Part shown: positions 12,049-23,560 of the stretch, in pieces
Layout: each line of letters opens with the position of its first letter
Numbering within the stretch: position 1 is the stretch's first letter
DNA from: Macrostomum hystrix
Taxonomy: Eukaryota > Animalia > Platyhelminthes
DNA: 64,000 bases
Reading direction: 5' to 3'
Assembly: GCA_950097015.1 (NCBI GenBank)
Contig: CATNEN010000007.1
Location: forward strand, 9,734,001 to 9,798,000
The notes under the pieces: model-generated
The model's input: only the letters and a program-made list of their open reading frames with translations
Databases searched by the model: none
What the model was told of the DNA's origin: nothing
Translations under genes and position numbers: made by a program

Positions 12049-13013
12049 CTGACACATCTTTACTCATCGAAGATTGAGTTTCAAAGGGTGCAGCAAATAT
12101 TGAAGTACATTATCAAACAGGCAATCGAAAATAGTACAATCTAATAACATTATTCTTTCTGATACTACTCAGAGGGCCCTGTGAAGTAGTATTGGACGGA
12201 CACACTTAATATTAAGCAATGTGAACCGCAATGCGCACGTCAAGCGGTAAATGAACGAACTCTAAGGCTTTTTTCTTGTTTCCCAGTGTTCAGCTCTTTG
12301 GAGCTCAATGCGGAGCTGGGGTGTGTTGTAAGTGGCAGTGCGCACCTGTTTACTGTTGCATGAATCATTATTGGGGCTGTTGAGGCAGGAGCAGCCGCCT
12401 CGTATTACTAATAATGTACTATAATATTATATAAGAAGTAAGTGTATCATATGTTTACTAAAAGCTGTGTAGCAGAATTAAGCAAAGACCAATCGATTCG
12501 GTAGGTCCTGCCCCGGACTGCCGATAGCAGAAGCGGAAATTGGATTATAAGAAAAAGAAACAAGCAGAGCTCTGGAATGTTGACGCGGCTTGATAAAACA
12601 GGGCCAGGTGAGGGGCTGGAATGCGGCGGGTCAAGGATGGAATGTCTGGGGGAGCTTTCAGTATAAAAAGCATCACAAATAGGATAAAATACAAAAGCAA
12701 AAAAATAAACCAGAACAGAAGCAAACAGGAGAGCGGAATCTCGCAGAAGACTAAAACAAATTACGCGCGCGCAGATTGAAAATTTGAGTCACAACTAACC
12801 CCGATGAAGTTGCTTGAGTATGTACACAGGATTTGCCATGAGACGATGCGATCAAGGAGAAGGATTAGGAATCATGATTTCATCTCGAATTCAACTGAAT
12901 TCTTGATCAACTGGGCATTTCGCACCATAGGTCACTAGAGTGCTCAGAGCTTCAAGTGTTCATTACTGAAATGTGACAAATTTTAGGCAGTAAAGAGTTC
13001 TCCAGCGACAGTC

Positions 13014-16000
13014 TCAGAAGCTGATGAGAAAGTCCAGCCAGCCGGCCTTGATGCCCGCCGGCATGACCCGCAGCACCAGTTTGCGGATCTCATCGTACAT
13101 GAGGATGAAGAAGCCAAATGGCATGGCCGGCAGCCACCAGGTGAAACGCAGCGGCTCCATCTGCAGCGCCTGGTTCAGGCCGGGAACGTACACCATCACA
13201 ATGGCCAGTCCCGTCTCAAATAGCAGCGAAAAGGTCAGGAAGTGATTCCACATGCCCTGCTGCAGCAGTGAATTGCTGCGAGTCTTGCAGGCCAGTAGGT
13301 TGGCCCACTGCATCACCACAATGCTGGCGAAGAAGGCGGAATGAGCAGTGTACTCAAGCCGTTTCCGCTGGTAGTACGACTGAAAATGGAAAGATGATTA
13401 TGCAAATAGGGAACACTGTCACAGTGGGAGAGCATCTTCAATGTTTGAGCAGTCTTTCACTACTTCTGTGTTTGAGCAGTCTTTAACTACTTCCGTGTTT
13501 GAGCAGTCTTTAACTACTTCCGTGTTTGAGCAGTCTTTAACTACTTCCGTGTTTGAGCAGTCTTTCACTACTTCCGTGTTTGAGCAGTCTTTAACTACTT
13601 CTGTGTTTGAGCAGTCTTTAACTACTTCTGTGTTTGAGCAGTCTTTAACTACTTCTGTGTTTGAGCAGTCTTTAACTACTTCTGTGTTTGAGAAGTCTTT
13701 AACTACTTCAGTGTTTGAGCAGTCTTTAACTACTTCCGCGTTTGAGCAGTCTTTAACTTACTTTAGTCATTGAGCAGTCTTAACTACTTCTGGGTTTTGA
13801 GCAGTCTTTAACTTACTTTTGTAATTAAGCAGTCTTTAACTTACTTTAGTCTTTGAGCAGTCTTTAACTTACTTTAGTCATTGAGCAGTCTTTAAATACT
13901 TCCGTGTTTGAGCAGTCTTTAACTTACTTCCGTAGTTAAGCAGTCCTTAACCACTTTTGACTTTGAGCAGTCCTGAACTACTTCCGGGTTTAGAGCAGTC
14001 TTAAACTACTTCCATATTTGAGCAGCCTTTAACTACTTCCATGTTTGAGCAGTCTTTAACTTACTTCCGTGATTGAGCAGTCTTTAGCTTACTTTAGTCA
14101 TTGAGCAGTCTTTAACTTACTTTAGTCATTGAGCAGTCTTTAACTTACTTTAGTCATTGAGCAGTCTTTAACTAGCTTTAGTCATTGAGCAGTCTTTAGC
14201 TTACTTTAGTCATTGAGCAGTCTTTAACTTACTTTAGTCATTGAGCAGTCTTTAACTTGCTTTAGTCATTGAGCAGTCTTAACTACTTCTGGGTTTTGAG
14301 CAGTCTTTAACTTACTTTTGTAATTAAGCAGTCTTTAACTTACTTGAGTCATTGAGCAGGCTTTAACTTACTTTAGTCATTAAGCAGTCTTTAAATACTT
14401 CCGTGTTTGAGCAGTCTTTAACTACTTCCGTGTTTGAGCAGTCTTTAACTTACTTCCGTAGTTAAGCAGTCCTTAACCACTTTTGACTTTGAGCAGTCCT
14501 GAACTACTTCCGGGTTTAGAGCAGTCTTAAACTACTTCCATGTTTGAGCAGTCTTTAACTACTTCCATGGTTGAGCAGTCTTTAACTACTTCCATGTTTG
14601 AGCAGTCTTTAACTTACTTCCGTGTTTGAGCAGTCTTTAACTTACTTTCGTAATTGAGCAGTCTTTAACTTACTTTAGTCATTGAGCAGTCTTTAACTAC
14701 TTCCGTATTTGAGCAGTCTTTAACTTACTTTCGTAATTGAGCAGTCTTTAACTTACTTTAGTCATTGAGCAGTCTTTAACTACTTCCGTATTTGAGCAGT
14801 CTTTAACTTACTTTCGTAATTGAGCAGTCTTTAACTTACTTTCGTAATTGAGCAGTCTTTAACTTACTTTAGTCATTGAGCAGTCTTTAACTACTTCCGT
14901 ATTTGAGCAGTCTTTAACTACTTTCGTCTTTGAGCAGTCCCGAACTACTTTCGACGTTAAAAGTGCACAGTTACTTATGTGTTTGAGCAGAAGGGAAATG
15001 AGTTTCTTTTCCTTTTTTTGTTCACGAATTCCTGTCGCGCCGAACTCACCCACTCCTGGCCGTAGCTGTCCTCCAGGTCGACGATGCCCTCGCTGTCCCA
15101 GACTCGCCGGATGCCGAAGAGGCGGCGCGGCCAGAAGCCGTTCTCGGACAGCACCACAAAGTAGGTGAAGAACCCGCCGGCAGCCTGCACAATGCCGATG
15201 CGGGCGAAGGCGGAGCTGAGCAGCCGCTCGCTGACCAGCCGGTCGCGGCGCGGATTCCTCGGGTCGCGGCGCATGATGTCGCTCTCAGCCTCCTCGTAGG
15301 CCAGGGAGACGGCAGGGGCCAGGTCGGTGCCCAGGTCGATGCACAGAATGGTGACGGTGCCCAGCGGCAGCGGGATGCTGACCACCAGGAAGGACAGGAA
15401 GCAGATTACCTCTGGCATGTTGGAGGTCAGCGTGTACGCGATGGACTTCTTCAGGTTGTCGAACAGGATGCGTCCCTCTTCGATGCCAGTAACGATGGAG
15501 GCGAAGTTGTCGTCAGCCAACACCATGTCAGCAACCTGGGATTGCGGAGAGATGGAATCGATTACCGCCTGATCTAGAAATCTCATGAATCAGAAATCCC
15601 AAAATCCCATAATAAAAAATCCTATAATCCGTAAATCCCATAATCAAGAAATCCCATAATCCATAAACCCCATAATCCATAAATCCCATAATCCATAAAT
15701 CCCATAACAAAAAATTCCATGATCCGCATCCCGGGACCCCAGAGGTGCCCACCTGCTTGCTGATGTCGCTGCCGGCAAGGCCCATGGCGATGCCGATGTC
15801 GGCCTGTCTCAGCGCCGGCGAGTCGCTGACGCCGTCGCCTGTAACGGCCACCACGTGACCGAGCCGCTGGCAGCTCTCAACAATGACCAGCTTTTGCTGT
15901 GGGGTGGTCCTGGCGAACACGAGCTCGCGGTGGGTGCGCACCAACTCGTCCAGCTGGGCGCTGGTCATCTCGGCCAGGTCGGAGCCGTGGACAACGCAGG

Positions 16001-19000
16001 CGTCCGCCTCGCGAGGATCCACGTGCGACGGATCGACGCCGCGCTCCAAGGCGATGTCCTCGGCGGTCTTGCTGCGGCTGCTGATGATGTCAACGTGACG
16101 AGCGATCGCCTTGGCCGTGATCGGATGGTCGCCAGTCACCATTATCACCTGGAGAGCGCGGACAAATTTATGTTTCGGTAATGCTATTCAAACTATGCTA
16201 CTTTCGACAGCATATTTGTGGATTATGGGTGCGCCAACCAACCTTGATGCCGGCTGTGCGGCACTTCTGCACCGCGTCCGGCACGGAGGCCCTGGGCGGA
16301 TCGATCATGGAGATCAGGCCGATGAAGCGCAGGCCCATGAGCGGGAAGTTCACCTCCTCGGCGTTGAACTCGTACTTCTCGTCGAACTCGTCGGCTGGCA
16401 GGCGGAGGTCGCAGAAGCCGAGGACTCGTTCGCCCTGGCCGCCGAGCTCATTGTAGGCGGCTAGGAAGGTGCGGCGCCACTGGTCGGAGGTCGGCACCTC
16501 GCGGCCGTCGATTAGCAGGTGCGAGCAGCGGTCGAAGATGATCTCCGGGGCGCCCTTCATCACCAGCAGGAAGTTTGAGCCGCGATCGCGCATAACGTGG
16601 ACGGAGGCCTGGGCGGGGAGAGCAGGCGATGAATTTAGGGATAATTTATTGCAATTTAAATCCCAAACCAGGCACGGGACTCACCTGGAACTTGTTGCCG
16701 CTGCTGAAAGGCACCTCGCAGATCTTGGGATGCTGGCGACGAAACTCGGCCACTCCGCCCACGGACCACTCCATATACTTGAGCAGGGCGGACTCGGACG
16801 CGTCGCCGATGCAGTCGCGCTGGACGATGGGCTTGTCCTCTTCGCCGGCTTTGAACTCGGCGCGGTTGCAGAGCATGGCGCAGCGGCTCAGGACTGCGAA
16901 GTCCGGCGATTCCGGCGGCGGGGGAGCAGTGACTTCGCTCATCTGCACCTCGGCGATGCGGCCGCTTTGCCAGGTGTGCGTCACCGTCATGCGGTTCATC
17001 GTCAGCGTGCCTGAAAGGGCGGCCGGACAGTTCAATGCACTCAAAAGCGAACAAAAAAGAAAATAACCAATCTAGCAGACGAACAAATAAATAAATAAAC
17101 AAACAACTACCACAAAATTAACAAATTAGCTGCCAATTAGAATCACACTCACCTGTCTTGTCCGAGCAGATGACACTGGTGGCGCCGAGGGTTTCAACTG
17201 CTTCCAGGTTGCGCACGAAGCAGTTCTTTGAGGCCATGCGCTGGGCGGTTAGGGTCAGGCAGACGGTCACGGTGGCAAGGAGGCCCTCCGGGATGTTCGC
17301 TACGATGATGCCGATGAGGAAGATAATGGATTCCAGCCAGTCGTACTGCATGGCAAAGGAAGCAATGAAGAAGGCGACGCCCATCAACACGGCGATGATG
17401 GTGACGATGCGGATGAAGCGCTCGATCTCACGCCCGATAGGGGTCTGGCGGGCGTCCAGGCCGGATGCCAGGTTGGCGATGCGCCCGATCAGCGTGGCGT
17501 CTCCGGTGCGGATCACAATGCCGACACAAGTGCCTGTGGCGATTGGGAGTGGCGGCAGTCAATAAAGTTAAAGGGAAAACCATTGATTTGACGATCCCAA
17601 CTGGGGATCTGGGAGGTTTGGCGACCCCAACTGGGGATTTGGGAGGTTTGGCGACCCCAACTGGGGATCTGGGAGGTTTGTCGATCCCAACTGGGGATTT
17701 GGGAGGTTTGGCGACCCCAACTGGGGATTTGGGAGGTTTGGCGACCCAACTGGGGATTTGGGAGGTTTGGCGACCCCAACTGGGGATTTGGGAGGTTTGG
17801 CGACCCCAACTGGGGATTTGGGAGGTTTGGCGACCCCAACTGGGGATTTGGGAGGTTTGGCGACCCCAACTGGGGATTTGGGAGGTTTGTCGATCCCAAC
17901 TGGGGAATTGTGACAAATATGACTAAAATTGGGATCTAAGACTTACCCTCAACAGCGTAGGTGGAGAAGAAGGCCAGGTTTTCTGTCTCCAGGGGGTTCT
18001 CGCTGGTGTACTCCTTGGATCGCACCTGTGGATCGGACTCGCCAGTCAGGCAGGAGTTGTCCACCTTGAAGCGCTGGGCGTTGATGATGCGCACATCGGC
18101 TGGCACCTGGTCTCCGGCGTTGATTTCGACAATGTCGCCGCGGACCAGCTGTGAGGTCAGCACACGGCACTTCTCGCCGTCGCGCAGAACCAGTGCCTGC
18201 TGCGGCAGGCTCTCCTTGAATTTGTCGATGATCTGGGCGGACTTGCGCTCCTGTACGGTTTGCGCGATCAGGGCGATAACGGAATTGTGCTTTTTAAAAA
18301 GGTTTTCAGGAAAAGTGCATTTTTATAATCATGAGCCGTTCGATTTCTTGGAAAAAAGCTATTCGACTTTAACTAAACGGCATATTACGAGTATTGTAGG
18401 AAGATCAGTCTCGATTTCACGTCGGTACCGTCATGATCGATCGACACACATACACCAACCAACACTATTTGCAGGCTGCGGGCAATGGCACATCATTTGG
18501 TGACACTAGACCCACCGCCAGCGAGGAAGCAATTCTGCCCGTTCCGCTGACTCCTGAGCACACACGCACACAATTGTGTACACCTGGCCTGAATTTCTCA
18601 TCGTCAGGCAGAGTACACTTTCACTGTGCCTTGGAGGTTGGCACTCAACGGCGTAATCAGCACGTCAAGCCCCCAAGCCTTCTCTCCGCGGCTGCGCCCC
18701 AAATGAATGTGGCCTCGAGGCAAACGCGTTAGACCGCTCGGCCACTTACCCCCAATAAAAATCCTTAGAAAAAACCCGTCAGACTGACCTGATAGTAGGA
18801 GAAGGCGCCCGTAACTATGACAACCACGAACAGCACGATGCCGATGTACAGGTTGTCGCCCGGCGGGCTCTCGTAGGAGCCGGCTTCAACTGCGTAGGCG
18901 ATGAAGCAGAGGATGGCGCCGATCAGCAGCAGCAGGGAGAAACCGCTGAAGACGGTCTTGCAGATGCGGACCCACTGCGGCGCAGCCGAGGGCGGCGTCA

Positions 19001-20275
19001 GCTCGTTGGGCCCCTCCTGCGCCAGTCGGGCATTGGCGTCCTCCTGCGGCAGGCCGTGGGACTCGGAGCTCTGCATGTAGTCCATGAGGGCGGCCAGGTC
19101 CATGCGGTGCTCGTCCATTTCGAATTCCTGGCGCAGGTCGTCTGTGCGGTGGGGCCGTCCAGTGCGGGGCCCCTTCTCACCGCGCAGAGTCTCGGCCCGC
19201 ACAGCCTGTCGGAAGCTGTTGTCCCTCTGGTTTGCAGGGACGAGGGGATTAGTATTGTTATAGGGATTTCGAATTACTGGGAAGAGAGGTTTTGGTTACC
19301 TTGTAGGACATACTAACACTTTACTAATAACGAATAAAACGGGCGACTGGTTAACAGTGATTCTCTTTTCTTTAATCCATGTCTCAATACAAAAAAGTAT
19401 TTTGAGTTGTTTCCTAGATTCGATTTCTTTGTTAAAAAGAAATATTAATCCTTAGTTATTTTCTAGTATACAAATATTGTACACAGCCACTAGATTCTAT
19501 AAAATTTCATATTTGTATTAACAATTTTCTTTTTGCTCCCCTTATAATCATAAGTGTCATTATCTAGTATATAATTTACTGATAGTTAATTATAAACATA
19601 TATTACAACCTATAGTACCGCTTTGTTAAAAGACTATATTCATGTCATGCTGTTTAATTCCCTTTTTAGAATATAAACGATGTTAAAACGAAAGGCAAAA
19701 TCAAATAATTATTTTTTCATTTTTTTCTTCAAAGGTATCAATCACAAGCATAGTAACTCAGTAACTGGAACACAAAATTAAAGAAAATAAATTAAAAAGC
19801 GACAACTGACTGAGCAAAAAAATTCAAATTCTATTTAAGATATTGGCAACGGGTGGGACCACAAAATGCATAAGAGAAACCAGCTAGGACTTAAATCTTA
19901 TACACACTAAATAAAAAATAAAGCAATTTTGAGAACTACTTAGGACAAAAAGTATCCTAGGAGTTTTTTAATTGTAAAGATTAAGAAACTTGTATTAACT
20001 TCTTGTGGAATTAAATACTAGATTTATTCAAATATAGTGAAATAGTTTTACTTGATGAATAAAAAACACCTGGAACCAATTTAATGTATTAATGTTCCTT
20101 CCTTGTGCTTTAGCTGTCAAAAAGATACATTCGTGATTTCGTGCTGCAGCAGAGGGATTAATATAACACTGTCCGCCATCCATTTTGAAACAGTTTTAAT
20201 CTGCTTTCTAATACATAAAATGAAACAAAACATGCATTTGTAGTCATACAACTTAAAACTTACCCCGTCATCCAT
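13014..20275 (-). CDS. Na+/K+-ATPase alpha subunit (P2C ATPase), divergent paralogue; 9 exons, ~1024 aa (20275-20264, 19226-18789, 18250-17947, 17533-17153, 17010-16685, 16608-16243, 16148-15753, 15535-15050, 13379-13014)
   Basis: Motifs [19 protein letters not shown]|[51 protein letters not shown]. All junctions are GT-AG and phase-consistent; exon sum is 3075 nt. The 12-nt first exon (MDDG|gtaagt) is the least certain part. Confidence 0.95.
13440..14960. repeat. 27-28 bp minisatellite (TTGAGCAGTCTTTAACTACTTCCGTGT and variants) filling ATPase intron 8
   Basis: Direct reading; a short related stretch also occurs at ~11190-11235. Confidence 0.95.
17595..17907. repeat. 30-bp minisatellite (CCCAACTGGGGATTTGGGAGGTTTGGCGAC) in ATPase intron 3
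   Basis: Direct reading. Confidence 0.95.
18470..18751 (-). mobile_element. SINE family A copy in ATPase intron 2
   Basis: Reverse complement aligns by eye with 20826-21310 (AAGGCACAGTGAAAGTGTAC, GTGCTCAGGAGTCAGCG, GGGCAGAATTGC, CCATTGCCC); B-box region deleted. Confidence 0.8.
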
Positions 20276-20825
20276 TTCCGGGTTATAAACTAGGAAAAAG
20301 ATGTTCCGTTTAGTATTTCGAATTTGTGCCGCTTGTCTTATTTAGCTCCCTTTGGTCAAATATTAAAACAAAACCATTTTCTCTTTTAATTAAAGTAATG
20401 AATTTTATGCGCGAAAAGCATTTTAGGAACTTAAACTTTTTAAATTAGAAATATGGAGTTTTTGTATTCTTGTGGGTAGTTTTAAAATACGACTTTCAAT
20501 AACTCATTTGTTTACAGAAACAGCAATATATAAAATACCATGGACTGAACCTTGAGAGGTTTGTGTTTGAATTGCTAAAACTTAGCAAATGGAAACTGTA
20601 CAGACCAAAAAAATTTTTTAAACAAGCTTCATTGGTTATTTTGTACATACGTCAACTAGAACAGAGTAAGCTAGTCCCATATATATATCAATAAGATGAT
20701 TAGTGTTACTGTTTTCCATACATTTTAATAAATTAGTTTAAACTTTGACTGTCTGTCACGGGACTATTTCAGCTAAGTAGATTGCAATGACCACTATGAG
20801 TAGATAGGTCCTTGGTAGGTTGAAA

Positions 20826-21330
20826 GGGTAGGTCGGTGGCAGAGCGGTTGTCGCATTTGCCTCGCACCACGGTCCCTAAGTTCGATTCCACGGCGAGGCC
20901 ACATTTATTTGGGCTTGTCGTGCAATTTACGCCCTTGAGGGCCAACCTACAAGGCACAGTGAAATGTACACTGCCTGACAATGAGAAAGTTAGGGCAGAT
21001 GTACACACCTGTGTGAGCGTATGCCTGCGGAATTGTCGCATTTGCCTCGCACCACGGTCCCTAAGTTCGATTCCACGGCGAGGCCACATTTATTTGGGCT
21101 TGTCGTGCAATTTACGCCCTTGAGGGCCAACCTACAAGGCACAGTGAAATGTACACTGCCTGACAATGAGAAAGTTAGGGCAGATGTACACACCTGTGTG
21201 AGCGTATGCCTGCGCGTACAGTATCTGAGTGCATGCGTGCTCAGGAGTCAGCGAAATGGGCAGAATTGCCTCCTCGCAATAATGTACCATTGCCCACAGA
21301 CCTCCTGCAATTATTATTATTATTATTATT
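20826..21330 (+). mobile_element. Near full-length SINE family A copy with internal ~180 bp tandem duplication and (TTA)n tail
   Basis: A box TGGCAGAGCGG (20837), B box GTTCGATTCC (20880); 20848-21029 repeated at ~21033-21213; ends in a TTA repeat. Confidence 0.82.
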
Positions 21331-22430
21331 GGCAGGTTGAAGAATGAAGATAACAAAAAGACAATAAAAGTGCACCACAGTTAGAGCAATAGAAAGAGGC
21401 CTTTATCATGTATTAACAACAGAATACAATTCAAATTATATTATTTTACTTGATTGTTCTCTAATTACGCTGTTTTATTTCACGTGATATTTACACGTAT
21501 TCAGATAATCTTTTCGCAAAAACAACAAATATACATTCACATGTGGCTTGAATGCACCGTGAAAAGTCGACGATCGATTATGACTATTTCGCAGCATAAT
21601 TTTGTTATAGCTACTGCTGACTCTCTGATGGAGATAGCAGACTATTTGATTGGTATTATTGCTCAGCAAATACGAGTATACACACAGGGGCACAAGCACT
21701 GACTCTCAGTTTATGAGAAGCCTAATTCGCACTTAAAGGTAAAATTTTCATGTGAATTGGACATGAAATATGCATCCACCACTGTAAAAAAACGCCAGCT
21801 AGCACGTCAAAAAAATGCACGTCATTCTCGAAGTGTATTTTTGATTAATCATCCGGAAAGCAGCGGTAGCAACAGCAGCAGCAGCAGTCCCAATGCTATG
21901 GCAGATACAATTTGCTGATCGGTAAAAATTACCCCGCCCTGATGCAGTTGGCAAAACAATGGCAACGATCGGCAATTCATGTCGGCATTGGAATATTCGA
22001 GTGGAGACCTGGCAGAGAATCGACGCTGCTCAGAATGCGAGGCTGCGATTTGGCAATGAAATTCTAAGCGATTTGCCACGCACTTAGGCAGGTCGAATGA
22101 GCTAGGCCCGCATATCTGGCTCCCGCTCCCTGCCATTGTTTTCCATCGCAGCTCTCGCATTGTTTTTTTATAATGCGCTCCGGATCTGCACGCCAGGTCT
22201 CCCCGAAAATGGAAATTCAAATGCGAAGGCGTAGCCAAGAACTCGATCATTGGTTATCATATGCGACTGCCAATAAGAATGACTTTGCAGGGGCAAACTC
22301 TGTGTGGGCTGATCAGGGCCGTAAATTAACGTGTCGCTCTGAGTATTGGCTTGCGCCTGTGGATGCTCCGCACCTCTTTTTGGAACCAGAAGTCACAGTC
22401 GAATCCAGAAGGCTATTCTCGCCGATAGAA

Positions 22431-23060
22431 ATGAGGACCGGCATGTTGTGCGTCCTGGGTGTCGCCTTCGTCGCTGTGGCCGCTGCTACCGCGGTGTCGT
22501 CGGAGTCGGATCTCGCTTCAAGTGATCAGCTACTGGATCGAATTGACACTGAAGACGGACTGCCGGTTTTGGAGAGGAGAGGCTGGGAGCGAGGCTTTGG
22601 ACTGGAAAAGCGTGGCTGGGAGCGAGGCTCTCGACTGGGAAAGCGCGGCTGGGAACGAGGCTCTCGACTGGGAAAGCGCGGCTGGGAACGAGGCTCTCGA
22701 CTGGGAAAGCGCGGCTGGGAACGAGGCTCTCGACTGGGAAAGCGCGGCTGGGAACGAGGCTCTCGACTGGGAAAGCGCGGCTGGGAACGAGGCTCTCGAC
22801 TGGGAAAGCGCGGCTGGGAGCGAGGCTCTCGACTGGGAAAGCGCGGCTGGGAGCGAGGCTCTCGACTGGGAAAGCGCGGCTGGGAGCGAGGCTCTCGACT
22901 GGGAAAGCGCGGCTGGGAGCGAGGCTCTCGACTGGGAAAGCGCGGCTGGGAGCGAGGCTCTCGACTGGGAAAGCGCGGCTGGGAACGAGGCTCTCGACTG
23001 GGAAATCGCGGCTGGGAGCGAGGCTCTCGACTAGGAAAGCGCGAAAACATCTATGTGTAA
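22431..23060 (+). CDS. Neuropeptide precursor (209 aa): 1x GWERGFGLE and 13x GWERGSRL-G (predicted GWERGSRL-amide)
   Basis: Signal MRTGMLCVLGVAFVAVAAATAVSS, acidic spacer, RR site, then 33-nt units each ending G-KR (amidation plus dibasic cleavage); the 12th unit ends G-NR. Confidence 0.92.
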   Translation: MRTGMLCVLGVAFVAVAAATAVSSESDLASSDQLLDRIDTEDGLPVLERRGWERGFGLEKRGWERGSRLGKRGWERGSRLGKRGWERGSRLGKRGWERGSRLGKRGWERGSRLGKRGWERGSRLGKRGWERGSRLGKRGWERGSRLGKRGWERGSRLGKRGWERGSRLGKRGWERGSRLGKRGWERGSRLGNRGWERGSRLGKRENIYV

Positions 23061-23354
23061 CGATCGGACCGTCTGACTAGATCCGTAAATAGTTTTGAAC
23101 ATTTAAATTTAGACCCTGGCTTACAGTTGAAACTCAATCTAATGAAAGCTGCACCACGTGGTCATTGGCAAATAAACAAAGACGTGAACTATTTTTACTT
23201 GCCAATCGAAGTCCCTTGGCACGCACAGACTCGCACTGACTTGCAATTTCTTAATCGGAGAGTTAGCCAAATTCTTTGCTACATTTCGAGAATTAGTGTG
23301 TGGCTTCACGATTTTAAATTTGCTAATTGCCAAAGTACGAAGAGGCTCTGGTTC

Positions 23355-23560
23355 AGTGGCGGAGCACTAAAGTCCCTGAGCCCGAATTCGCACTGAGGCC
23401 GCATTAGTGTGGGAACAGCGGAGAGAAGGCTTAGGGGTTCGTCATGCAATTTAGCACCCCCAAGGCACAGTGAGAGTGTGCTCAGGAGTCAGCGGGATGA
23501 TCAGAATGGCCGTCTTGTTGGTCGACAGTAGCCAAAGGTTGCATCAGAGCCCACAGCACT
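23355..23560 (+). mobile_element. Degraded SINE family A copy
   Basis: AGTGGCGGAGC..CCCTGAGCCCGAATTC..GAGGCCGCA..GGAGAGAAGGCTT..CAAGGCACAGTGAGAGTGTGCTCAGGAGTCAGCG. Confidence 0.65.

Noticed and set aside
22173-22430. 86-codon N-terminal extension of the neuropeptide ORF
   Set aside because: The signal peptide begins at Met 22431 (or 22443); the upstream part has no secretory features and is probably UTR or promoter.
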